In this document: one piece after another, positions 1 through 11,474 of the stretch
How the letters are laid out: each line of letters begins with the position of its first letter
How positions within the stretch are numbered: position 1 is the stretch's first letter
Source of the DNA: Chiloscyllium plagiosum
Lineage: Eukaryota
Length of the DNA: 61,520 nt
NCBI RefSeq assembly: GCF_004010195.1
Contig: NC_057719.1
Coordinates: 25,864,377-25,925,896, forward strand
Direction of reading: 5' to 3'
Translations under genes and position numbers: made by a program
The notes under the pieces: model-generated
The model's input: the letters and a program-made list of their open reading frames with translations, nothing else
Database searches by the model: none
Told to the model about the DNA's origin: nothing

Positions 1-159
1 TTGTGGAGAACCTTTGTTACCGCGCCCTCACCTTGACAAATTTGAATTATACAAAATGTTAGTTTCCAAGAGCAAATGAGGAATCTTTTTATCTTCCGAG
101 ACAAATGTCTTAACCCAAAAGTGTTTACGGTGGTCGCTATAGTGACTGGGGCAAACATT

Positions 160-1180
160 TATAAGACTATAAGATATAGGAGCAGAATTAGGCCATTTGG
201 TCAATTGAGTCTGATCCACTATTCGATATGTTTCTCTCCTGCCTTCTCCCCCTAATCTTTGATGTCCTTACCAATCAAGAACTTATCTATTTTAAATACA
301 CTCAATGACGTGGCCTTCACAGCCCACTGTGGCAATGTGTTCCACATATTAATCACCCTCTGGCTGAAGAAATACCTCTTCATCTCAATTGTAAAAGGTC
401 ATCCGTTTGCTCAGAGCGTGTGCCCTCCAATCCTATTCTCTCCTACTCATGGAAACATGTTCTCAATGTCCACTCTATCCAGACTCCTCAGTTTTCTATA
501 AGTTTCAATCAGATCTTCCCCTCAGCCTCCTAAACTCACCGCACAACAGAGCCAGAGTCTTTAACTGCTCCTCATACAACAAGCCTTTCATCTGTGGTAT
601 CATTCTTGTAAACCTTCTCTGGACCTCCTCCAACACCAAGACATCCTTCCTTAGATACAGGGCCCAGAATTGCTCACAATATTCCAAACGCAGTCTGACC
701 AGAGCCTGATATTGCCTTATCCCTGCTTGTGTATTCTAGCTATCTCAAAATAAATGCACATTGTGTTTGCATTCCTAACTCCCAACTAAATCTGCATTTA
801 ATCTTAAGAAATTCCTGAACTAGGACTCCTAAGTCCCTTTGTGCTTCAGATTTCCAAAGTTTTTTCCCCATTTAGAAAATGCCTCTATTCTTCCTACTAC
901 TGTGCATAACATCACACTTTCCCACATTGTAATCAATCTGCCAATTCTTTGCCCACTCTCCCAACCTATCCAAGGCCTTCTGCAGCCTCCCCACTTTCTC
1001 AGCACTGCCTGTCCCTCCATCTAGATTAGAGTGGTGCTGGAAAAGCACAGCAGGTCAGGCAGCATCTGAGGAACAGGAAAATCGACGTTTTGGGCAAAAG
1101 CCCTTCATCTCTAATCTAGACTCTCGTTTCCAGCATCTGCAATCCTTGTTTTTACCTGTCCCTCCACCTATCTTTGTGTC
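160..1180 (-). mobile_element. CR1-type LINE 3' fragment (older copy, continues at ~3835-4285)
   Basis: Minus ORF YCEQFWALYLRKDVLVLEEVQRRFTRMIP is the CR1 ORF2 C-terminal motif. The copy is frameshifted and interrupted at 1020-1154 and after 1180. Confidence 0.85.
1020..1154 (-). mobile_element. Penelope-derived mini-insertion with an inverted terminal segment
   Basis: Flanked by a 12-bp direct repeat cctgtccctcca (1008-1019 and 1155-1166). Its sequence matches the 3' terminus of the GIY-YIG element at 35694-36750. Confidence 0.8.
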
Positions 1181-3825
1181 ATAGAACCTAGAACCTAGAA
1201 CATAGAAGGTTACAGTGCAGGACAGGTCCTTCAGCCCTCGATGTTGCGCCGACCTGTGGAAATAATCTGATGCCCATCTAACCTACCATTATTATCCATA
1301 TCTATGTCCAATGCCCATTTAAATGCCCTTAATGTCAGTGAGTTTACTACTGTTGCAGGCAGGCCATTCCACACCTCTACTGCTCTCCGAGTGAAGAAAC
1401 TACCCCTAATATCTGTCCTAAATCTATCAGCCCTCAATTTACAGCAACATCCCCTTTTGTTAGCCTTCACCACCCGAGAAAAAAGGCTTTCACTATCCAC
1501 CCTATCTAACCCTCTATCTTATTTGTCTTGATTAAGTCACCACTCAACCTTCTTCTCTCCAATGAAAACAGCCTTAGTTCCTTCACCCTTTGCTCATAAG
1601 ATCTTCCCACCATATCAGGTACCATCCTAGTAAATTTCCTCTGGACCCTTTCCAAAGCTTCCACGTCCTTCCTATATTGAAGTGACCAGAACAGCACGTA
1701 ATACTCCAGGTGTGGCCTTAACCAGATGAAGCATGACTTCATGGCTCTAGAATTCAATCCCCCTACCAATAGATGCCAACACACCATATGCCTTTTTAAC
1801 AACCCTATTAACCTGGGTGGCAACTTTCAGGGATTTATGTACCAGGACACAGATCTCTCTGTTCATCCACATTGCCAAGAATTTTACCTTTAGCCCAGTA
1901 CTCTGCATTCCTGTTATTTCTTCCAGAGTGAACTACCTCACACTTTTCTGCATTAAACTCCATTTGCCACTTCTCAGCCCAGCTCTGCATCTTAGCTATG
2001 TCCCTCTATAACCCATAACATCCTCCGGCACAATCCACAACTCTGCCTACCTTAGTGTCATCCGCAAATTTACTAGTCCATCCTTCTACGCCCACATCCA
2101 GATCATTTATAAAAATGACAAACAGCAGTGGCCCCAAAACAGATCCTTGCGGCACACCACTAGTAACTGAGCTCCAGGATGAACATTTTCCATCAACCAC
2201 CACTCTCTGTCTTCTTTCAGCAAGCCAATTTCTGATCCAAATCATGAAATCCCAAAACACCATACTTTGTGCAATAGGCTATTGTGTGGAACCTTATCAA
2301 ATGTCTTACTGAAGTCTATACACATCTCATCAACTGCTTTACCGTCACCCCCCTGTTTTGGTCACTTTCTCGAAGAACTCAATAAGGTTAGTGAGGCATG
2401 ACCTACACTGCACAAAACCGTGTTGACTGTCCCTAATCAAATTATTCTTTTCCAGATGACTATAAATCCTCCTTCTTACAAGCTTTTCCAACACCTTACC
2501 CACAACCAAAGTAAGGCTCACTGGCCAATAATTACAAGGACTGTCCCGACTCCCCTTCTTAAACAAAGGAACAACATTTGCTATCCTCCAGTCTTCTGGC
2601 ACTACTCCTGTTGACAATGATGACATAAAGATCGAAGCCAAAGGTTCTGCAATCTCCTCCCTGTCTTCCCAGAGAATCCGAGGATAAATCCCATCTGGCC
2701 CGGGATCTTTTTTGTTTAAGATCTTCCAAAACTGCTAAAACCTCCTTTTTGTCAATCTAAATCCCATCTAATCCAACAGCCTGTGTCTCCGTATTCTCAC
2801 TAACATTGCCCTTCATATTCATTCCAATGTGAAAGTATTCATTAAGCGCTTCCCCAATGTTCACAGATTCCACACACAAATTTCCACTACTATCTTTGAT
2901 TGGCCCTACTCTTACTCTAGTCAATCTTTTATTCCTGATATACCTATAGAAGGCCTTAGCGTTTTCCTTGATCCTATCCTCCACCAACTGCTCATGTCCC
3001 TTCCTGGCTCTTCTTAGCCCTCTCTTTAGATCTTTTCCGGCTAATTTATAACTCTCCAGCCCCCTATCTGAGCCTTCACATCATAAGCCTTCTTCTTCCT
3101 CTTGACAAGATCTTCAACTTCTTTCGTAAACCATGGCTCCCTCTCTCGTTAACTACCTCTCTGCCTTATAGGTATATTCTTATCCAGGACCAGCAGTAGC
3201 TGTTTCTTGAATAAGCTCCACATTTCAAGTGTGTCCATCCCCTGCATTTTCCTTCCCCATTCTATGCATCCTAAATCTTGCCTAATCGCATCATAATTGC
3301 CTTTCCTCCAGTTATACCTCTTTCCCTGCGGTATATACATACCCCTCCCATTGCTATTGTAAACGTAATTGAATTGTGGTCATTATCACCAAAGTGCTCA
3401 CCTACCTCCAAATCCAATACCTGGCTGGGTTCATTCCCCAGTACCAAATCCAATATGGCATCGCCCCTTGTTGGCCTATCAGAAAAGCCTCCTGCACAGA
3501 CTGAACAAAATCTCACCCATCTAAACTACTCGAACTATAGTATTCCCAGTCAATATTTGACAACTTAAAGTCTCCCATAATAATTACCCAGTTATTCTCG
3601 GTCCTATTGAGAATCATCTTTGCTATCCTTTCCTCTACATCCCTGGAACAATTCAGAGACCTATAGAAAACTCCCAACAGGGTGACCTTTCCTTTCCTGT
3701 TTCTAACCTTAGCCCAAACTACCTCAGTGGATGAATCCTCAAATGTTCTCTCAGCTGCTGTAATACTACCCTTGATTAACAATGCCACACCCCCCATTTT
3801 TACCATCATCTCTGTTCTTGCTGAA
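1181..3825 (-). mobile_element. CR1 LINE (decayed EN+RT) nested in an older CR1
   Basis: EN motifs GGVALLIK, IMGDF and PTRGDAILDLVL; RT motifs [14 protein letters not shown] and KFADDTK; short-repeat tail (tagaacc/tagaaca) at 1181-1207. Confidence 0.92.
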
Positions 3826-3834
3826 ACATCTAAA

Positions 3835-4285
3835 TTTGTCATCTGCAAACCTAGCAACAATGCTGTCAGTTCCTTTGTCCGGATCATTAATGTTTAACGT
3901 GAACAGTTGTGACTCCAACACTTATCCCTGTGGACCTGCACTAGTCAGCAGCTACCATCCTGACAAGACCCCTTTGTCTGTATTCCCTGCTGGTCAGCTG
4001 ATCCTTTAAATGTGCCAGTACTTTGCCCAGAACATAATGAGCTTTTAGTTTATTTAATAACCCTCCATCTGGCAACTTGTCAAAGGCCTTCTGGAAATCC
4101 AAATAGATCACATGCGCTGATTCTCGTTTGCCTAACATGCTTTATTGCCCGCTTAAAGAATTCTAACAGTTTTGTCAGGCATGACCTTGCCTTGAAGAAG
4201 CCATGCTGACTCAGCCCTATTTTATCATGCACTTGCAAGTCATCAACAACCTCATCCTTAACAATGGAATCTAAAATCTTTCCAA
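3835..4285 (-). mobile_element. CR1 RT fragment (5' continuation of the 160-1180 copy)
   Basis: Encodes VIYLDFQKAFDKLP and SQHGFFKARSCLTKLLEFF, and resumes at the (L/F)ADD codons. Confidence 0.8.
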
Positions 4286-5146
4286 TTATGTTGTAGGCGA
4301 TAGCATAAAGCAACTCTAATTTCAATAATAGATGAATGCTTGTAAACCATTCTATTAAAAAAAACATGTCACCTAATGTAAATTGTCATCATTTATTTCT
4401 TGTTTATAACTTATGAAAGATTTGTGAAGCTTTTGTGAGGATTTTCTGATAAAATTCAAATGTGCATGTTATTGCTAGTGGAATTTGCTCCATTTTAGCC
4501 ATCCATCGACTCTGAGAGGCTACCAATTTACCTGCATAGATGATTGTCAGAACTGGACAAATTTCTGGTAGAAACTTTGATTTAGACCTCCAGCTTCCAG
4601 TCTCAACACTGAGTTCATTTTTTAAAATCCTGTTTTCCTGGACAGTTGGTGCTGCTAACTAATTTGAGATTGCAATTTTCAGTTCCCTAAGATCCATCTT
4701 TAATGTTGTATTTTACGTGCAGTGGGTCTCTGGCCTGTTTTTCCATTTGAAAATCAAGGACCAGGACCAGCCCAACTCTACTTGATAAGGCTGGCCAGCA
4801 GCCATTTTACTGCTGGCTCTGGGCATGATTTCTGCCCATATTGGAGAAAAAATCCCATTTCCAAAAACTGCTGGCCAATTGAATGGCGGCCAATGCTGGA
4901 GTTATAGCCAGTCTGTGGGAGTCTGAATGCAGGTAAGTTGGAGGTCTTATTGGAGCCAGCCTGCCAGGTCCTAGATTTGGGAGGTTAGGGTCAGCAGGGC
5001 AGGAAAGGGAAGAAATGACTGGGAGATGTATCTGGCGGGAAGTGTCCACTGGACACAATGTAAGTATCTCCTCTTAGAATCACAGAATTGTGACAGTGCA
5101 GAAGGTGATCATTTGTCTGAATGTAACAAGACTATGAGAATTAAAG

Positions 5147-5511
5147 GAGCAGGAGAATTGACATTTCGGGCATAAGCCCTTCTTCAGGAATGAGGAAAGT
5201 GTGTCCAGCAGGCTAAGATAAAAATTAGGGAGGAGGGACTTGGGGGAGGGGCGTTGGAAATGCGATAGGTGGAAGGAGATCAAGGTGCGGGTGATAGGCC
5301 GGAGTGGGGTGGGGGCGGAGAGGTCAGGAAGAAGATTGCAGGTTAGGAAGGCGGTACTGAGTTTGAGGGATTTGACTGAGACTGTTCTCTGAAACGTTCC
5401 GCAAGTAGGCGGCCTGTCTCCCCAATATAGAGGAGGCCACATCGGGTGCAGCGGATGCAATAAATGATGTGTGTGGAGCTGATCTCCAGCATCTGCAGTC
5501 CTCACTTTCTC
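5147..5511 (-). mobile_element. Truncated Penelope-like element
   Basis: 15-bp TSD ctatgagaattaaag (5132-5146 and 5512-5526). It contains a GIY-YIG remnant, a terminal CTGAAGA-AGGGCTTATGCCC-GAAA motif and a short inverted segment at ~5480-5511. Confidence 0.85.
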
Positions 5512-5589
5512 CTATGAGAATTAAAGCTGACTTCCCTAACCTGGGTAAAATCCCAACAGCGGTGGCCAATAATACTGAGCATTACTTAC

Positions 5590-5664
5590 CACAATAAGTA
5601 GAATCACTGATATGGTGTAGTATAATGAATCCCTGAACACAGACCACTGTGTCAGATATACGAT
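5590..5664 (-). CDS. SLC24A4: NCKX4 internal coding exon (75 bp)
   Basis: ttttacag|ATC GTA TAT...ATT GTG|gtaagt encodes IVYLTQWSVFRDSLYYTISVILLIV with the conserved NCKX RDS-YY motif. Phase 0-0; absent from the ORF track. Confidence 0.93.
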
Positions 5665-6061
5665 CTGTAAAAGATAAAATGAAGCTATGAGGATTAAACA
5701 TCAGGATTTCTCATGAGAACCTTTCACATTTTATTCCCTGGTTTTCAAATGTGCATTCAATCCTTACACTATGTGAGTGATTAGCATTCAATGTTCCACA
5801 GTTATGCAGGGAAATAAGCACTATATAGTACTTCATCAGTAAAATGGTACAGATTACACTCAATCTTCTTACCTGTTTGCCCCTGTGTTTCTCTGTTTTA
5901 TTATTGTTATTTTATTCTTTTCTCTCAATGTCTACCAATCCACAATCAGTGGGCAGAATTGCACTAATCCCACTGCTCACCCTGCCACCAAAGGTCCACA
6001 CTCATCAGAAGGACATTTCTGAACATCATTCAGTGGGCCTCAGTGCACAGGCAATTTATAA

Positions 6062-6400
6062 GAATCATAGAATCCTACCGTGTGGAAACAGGCCCTTCAG
6101 CCCAACAAGTCCATACCGACCATCCGAAGAGCAACTCACCCAGACCCACTCCTCCATTATCCTACATTTCCCCCTATTGGACCTACCCTACACGTCCCTG
6201 AATACTATGGGTAATTTAGCATGGACAATTCACCTAATATGCACATCTTCGGACTGTGGGAGGAAACCGGAGCACCCGGAGGAATCCCATGCAGACATGG
6301 AGAGAATGTGCAAACTCCATACAAACAGCTGCCCAAGTCTGGAATCAAGCCCAGGTCCCTGGCGCTGTGAGGCAGCAGTGCTAACCACTGAGCCACCATG
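6062..6400 (-). mobile_element. HE1-like tRNA-derived V-SINE
   Basis: Minus-strand head GGTGGCTCAGTGGTTAGCACTGCTGCCTCACAGCGCCAGGGACC, V-domain-like core, and CR1-like tail ending GGATTCTATGATTC. Confidence 0.88.
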
Positions 6401-7067
6401 GGACTTTGCACTCGGCCATATTTTGAATGAACAATTCTCCAGTTGGGATATTGCCACTTTTAAATAAAACCGAAACAAAATCAGTAGCATATTTGAAAGG
6501 TCTAATGTTATGATAATAGTTTTTGTCAGACAGTATATTTAAGCATATATTTAAATCTGCTCTACACTAAAATTAACAATTGGAATGCACGCTTCTCAAT
6601 AGTTTACATTTCACATCCAGAAAGAATAAAGATCATTGCAACAATAGTGGTTAGCAAACAAATACAATAGGGATCTCACTATTTTAATCACATGTCTGAT
6701 ACATTGAGGATCAGCAACTTTATCATTGACTGGGTCCGACCCTGGTGGCGGTGAAGGGTGGCAGGAGGGCACCACGGCAGCAGTTACAGCAGCAATAGCC
6801 TCCGACATTGGTGTGCCTAATGCAGGCAGTGGCAAAAGTGAATTGGCCCTGAAGCAAAAGGTGGCATCGACAGTGGTCTGGATAGGATTTTTGGAAGGTC
6901 AGTGTGGTCTTGATGGGCTGAATGGCCTGCTGCTCCACACTGCTGGGATTCTATGATTCCGTCTTTCTCTTTCAGAGGTTTGGGTAATTTGATTTTTGGG
7001 TTAAAACTGGTCTCTTGGATATAAATAACAGAATTTCTTATCATTAAATTAACATGTCTGGAAAATA

Positions 7068-7352
7068 TGATTTGATTCAATTTATTATTGTCACATGTAC
7101 TGTCATACAGTGAAAGGTGTTGTTTTGTGTACTAATCAGACAAATCATACCTTACATAAGTACGTCAGGGTAATCTAACAAAATGCAGATAATAGCGTTA
7201 CAGCTATAGAAAAGGTACAACATTATATTCTGCATTCTATTCTATTGATGTACTCATGTAAGATATGATTTATCTGATTAGTATGCAAAACAATACTTTT
7301 CACTGTATCTCAGTACATGTCACACTAACATATCAAATTAAATCAAATCAAA
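7068..7352. repeat. Imperfect ~280-bp palindrome made of two inverted Rex/Babar 3' tails
   Basis: 7068-~7200 aligns to the reverse complement of ~7220-7352, and both match the tail at 18824-18960. Confidence 0.8.
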
Positions 7353-7394
7353 CTTTCCTGACATCTGCAACCAAAGATAAAAATAATCCCCAGA

Positions 7395-8265
7395 ACCTGT
7401 TCAGGTGTACCCTGGAAATCTATAGAAGGGTAGGGAAGTGATTGCTGGGCCCTTTGCTGAGATATTTGTATCGATAGTAACAGGTGACCGGAGGTTGGCT
7501 AACGTGGTACCACTATATAAGAAAGGTGGTAAAGCCAAGCCAGAGAACTATGGACCGGTGGGCCTGATGTTGGTGGTGGGCAAGTTGTTGGAAGGAATTG
7601 TGAGGGTCAGGATGTACACGTATTTGAAAAGGTAAGGACTGATTCGGGATAGTCAACATGGCTTTGTGCATGGGAAATCATGTCTCATGAAATTTATTGA
7701 GCTTTTTGAAGAAGTAACAAAGATTGATGAGGGCAGAGTGGTAGGCGTGATCTATATGAACTTCAGTAAGGCGTTCAACAAAATTCCCCATGGGAGACTG
7801 GTAGCAAAGTTAGATCTCATGGAATACAGGGAGAACTAGCCATTTGAATACAGAACTGCCTCGAAGGTAGAAGACAGAGGGTGGTGGTGGAGGGTTGTTT
7901 TTCAGACTGGAGGCCTGGATAGGATAAATAGCCAAAGTCTTTTCCCTGGGGTGAGGGAGTCCAGAACTAGAGGGCATAGGTTTAGGGTCAGAGTGGAAAG
8001 ATATAAAAGAGATCTAAGGGGCAATCTTTTCATGCAGAGGGTGGTACGTGTATGGAATGAGCTGCTGGATGAAGTGGTGGAGGCTGGTACAATTGCAACA
8101 TTTAAAAGGTATCTGGATGGGTATATGAATAGGAAGGGTTTGGAGGAATGTGGGCCAAGTGCTGGCAGGTTGGACTAGATTGGGTTGGGATATCTGGTCG
8201 GCATGGATGAGTTGGACCGAAGGGTCTGTTTCTGTACTGTACATCTCTATGACTTTATGACTCTA
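7395..8265 (+). mobile_element. CR1 LINE fragment with an internal deletion
   Basis: Encodes ANVVPLYKKGGKAKPENYGPV and RTRGHRFRV...VVRVWNEL, ending in the tail ctatgactttatgactcta. Confidence 0.88.
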
Positions 8266-8579
8266 AATGGGTGGGGTCAATCTCCCACAGAATCATGATT
8301 TAAGTTTTAGCTTTCTGCAGTTGTTGGGGTTTTGAAGTCAGATGTGGAAGCACTTACTCCTCTCTGTTACATCTAAAAGCTGAGTTTCTCCATGGATGAG
8401 TTGGACCGAAGGCTCTGTTTCTGTACTGTACATCTCTATGACTTTATGACTCTAAATGGGTGGGGTCAATTTCCCACAGAATCATGATTTAAGTTTTAGC
8501 TTTCTGCAGTTGTTGGGGTTTTGAAGTCAGATGTGGAAGCACTTACTCCTCTCTGTTACATCTAAAAGCTGAGTTTCTC
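8202..8579. repeat. Tandem duplication, 2 x 189 bp
   Basis: 8202-8390 is repeated at 8391-8579 with two substitutions seen. Confidence 0.93.
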
Positions 8580-8689
8580 TTCCTGCTGCTAGAATTTCAT
8601 GTGAGACAATCTATTTTACTGAATTTATCTTTGTCAAGGGTGTGCTTATGGGATGTTACTATATTGGAACATCCTATAATTATTAGTAA

Positions 8690-9165
8690 TTAACAAAATT
8701 TACAGGGATGTTGCTGGGAATGGAGGGTTTGAGTTAGAAAAATAGACTGGAAAGGCTGGAAATGAAGGAGATTTTTTTTTCACTGGAGTGTAGGACATTG
8801 AGAGATGAACTTATTGAAGTTTATAAAAATCATGAGGGGCATGGATAAGGTGAATGACCATCGTCTGTTCCCTAGGGTGGGGGAGTTCAAAACTCAGGGC
8901 CATATTTTTAAAATTAGAGGAGAAAGATTTCAAAAGGATACGAGGGGCAACATTTTACACAGAGAGTGGTTTGTATGGAGAATGGATTGCCAGAGAAAGT
9001 GGTGGATGCAGGTATAGTTATAACATTAAAAAGACATTTAGATAAGTTAATGAATCCACCAGCCAAGGACAGGCAGGTGGGGCTGCTTTAGTTTGGGAAC
9101 ATGGTTGATGTGGACCGGTTAGACTGAAGATTCTGTTTCCGTGCTATATGATGCTATGACTCTAA
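8690..9165 (+). mobile_element. CR1 LINE 3' fragment
   Basis: Encodes KIMRGMDKVNDHRLFPRVGEFKTQGHIFKIRG, followed by the ctatgactcta tail. Confidence 0.82.
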
Positions 9166-9705
9166 ATTCTGAAGTTAAGTGGGAGGAAAGAATTCTGTAA
9201 TATTGAAGCTAATGCTATGCACATCATGTTTGAAGTAGCTAAATTCAGAGAGATTAACAAAGAAAAAACTGGGTAGTATTTGCCCATTAGGAGAATTTAT
9301 TTTTAAAGTATACTCTCAAATGATCTGGAGGAATTATTCAAACAGGTAATTTATCCCTTGTGAGTTTTGCCCATTTAATCAGTTTGATTAATGCACCAAT
9401 TTAGTATGGCTAATATAGGTTATGCTTCATTTTTTTCCCCACATTACAGTAATTGTGAACAAATTGATTAATCTGTAATATCTGTAAAGCCTTCCATTTC
9501 TGAAGTGATGGCAGAAATATTGGCAGTATCAACAAGATCATCTACTTCCAAACGCACCTCAGTTTTTCTACTGTTGAAATACTTATCCATACTTTAGTTA
9601 ACTCCAGTTTTGGCTCCCGGAATGTGTCCCACATTCTACTCCCTGGAAACTTAAAGTGGTCCAAAACTCTGCTGCCTAACTGGTACCAAGTTCTTTTCAC
9701 TGATG

Positions 9706-10000
9706 TCATAGAGTCACAGAGATGTACGGCACAGAAACAGCCCCTTTGGTCCAAATCGTCCATGCTGACTAGATATCCTAAATTATTCTAGTCCCATTTG
9801 CCAGCATTTGGCCCATATCCCTCTAAACCTCTCCTATTCATATACTCATCCAGATGTGTTTTAAATGTTGTAATTGTACCAGCCTCCAACACTTCCTCTG
9901 GCAGCTCATTCCATATATGCATCACTTTCTGCATGAAAAAGTTGTCCTTTAGGTCCCTTTTAAATTTTTCCCCTCTTACCCTAAACCTGTGCTCTTTAGT
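9706..10000 (-). mobile_element. CR1 LINE 3' fragment
   Basis: Encodes RESRTKEHRFRVRGEKFKRDL...WNELPEEV; same subfamily as 7920-8265. Confidence 0.87.
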
Positions 10001-10002
10001 TC

Positions 10003-10160
10003 TGCTCTCCCTCACTCCCCCCACTCTCTCTCTTCTCCCCCCTGCCTTCTTCCCCCCCCCTCTCATTTCTCCCCCCTTTNNACTCCCCCCTTTCTTCTCT
10101 TGCCCCTGCTCTCTCCCTCTCCTTCTCTCTCCCTCTCTCTCTTTTCCCTCTCTCTCTTCT
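10003..10160. repeat. Polypyrimidine (CT-rich) low-complexity tract
   Basis: Almost only C and T on the + strand, with NN at 10080-10081. Confidence 0.9.
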
Positions 10161-10619
10161 GTGTTCGCTGACTAACATTTATTCCCATTTGAGCTGTGCC
10201 TCAATTTTAAAAATGTTTATCTTTGTTTTAAAATCCCACTATATAATCTCACCCCTCTCTATCCCTCTAACCTTCACCAGCCTCACAACCCTGAGGCTCC
10301 TGATTTTAACTGTTTCATCCTTGGTGGTTATGTCAGATCCTATAAACACTGAAGTTCCTTTCCAAAAGGTCTCCTCCTCACTTTTCTCCAAAACGTTTAC
10401 CTTGACAAGCAAGCTTTTGATCATTTGCCCCAATACCTCCTTAGATTCTCGGTGATATATATTGTTTAATATTGGCAATGAGAAGAGTGTTGGGATGTTT
10501 TGTTACTTTAATGGTGCCATATAAACACAGGTTCTTGTTTTTCTCGTAGCATAGCACACAAAGTATCTGATAATACGTTTCAGAAAGCACAGTTCTACAA
10601 GGATTGGCTACAGAAAAGA

Positions 10620-11382
10620 AAACAATTTTGGACGGAGTAACCGGAATGCAAAGTACTGGGCTAATGGTAAGATTCCTGGGAGTGCAGATGAGCAGAGAGA
10701 TATTGGTGTCCGTGTCACACAGATCCCTGAAAGTTGCCACCCAGATTGACAGGGTTGTTAAGAAGACATACAGTGTTTTGTCCTTTATTAATAGAGGGAT
10801 TGAGTTCCGGAACCAAGAGGTTATGCTGCAGCTGTACAAAGCTCTGGTATGGCCACACTTGGAGTATTGTGTACAGTTCTGGTCACCGCATTATAAGAAG
10901 GATGCGGAAGCTTTGGTATGGGTGCAGAGGAGATTTACTAGATGTTGCCTGGTATGAAAGGAATGTCTTACGAGGAAAGGCTGAGGGCCTTGAGTCTGTT
11001 CTCGTTAGAGAGAAGAAGGTTGAGAGGTGACTTAATAGAGACATACAAGATAATCAGAGGGTTAGATAGGGTGGACAGGGAGAGCCTTTTTCCAAGTATG
11101 GGAATGGAAAACACGAGGGGACACAACTTTAAAGTGAGGGGAGATAGGTATAAGACAGATGTCAGAGGTAGTTTCTTTACTCAGACAGTAGTAAGGGTAT
11201 GGAATGCTTTGCCTGCAACAGTAGTAGATTTGCCAAGTTTAAGTGCATTTAAGTCGTTATTGGACAGGCATATGGACATACATGGAATAGTGTAGGTTAG
11301 ATGGGCTTCAGATTAGTATGACAGGGTGGCGCAACATCGAGGGCCGAAGGGCCTGTACTGTGCTGTAATGTTCTATGTTCTA
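10620..11382 (+). mobile_element. CR1 LINE 3' fragment
   Basis: Encodes LYKALVWPHLEYCVQFWSPHYKKD and LFSLERRRLRGDLIETYKII, ending in the tail taatgttctatgttctat. Confidence 0.92.
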
Positions 11383-11474
11383 TAATCCGAGGCAAAGGCT
11401 GCTAAATGGAAGAACAGCATCAATGCTTAAGGAGTATCGGCAACTCCTTCCTCACCATAATGAAACAAAGGAAG

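Noticed and set aside
4280..4370. Hydrophobic stretch MFFLIEWFTSIHLLLKLELLYAIAY as the next SLC24A4 exon
   Set aside because: It does not match the expected FIYDE..W.E..L...Y...MK pattern and lacks convincing splice sites. The next exon is probably outside the window.
5844..6467. 207-aa ORF with a signal-peptide-like N-terminus
   Set aside because: Most of it is the antisense reading of an HE1 SINE, and the hydrophobic start is T-rich intron sequence.
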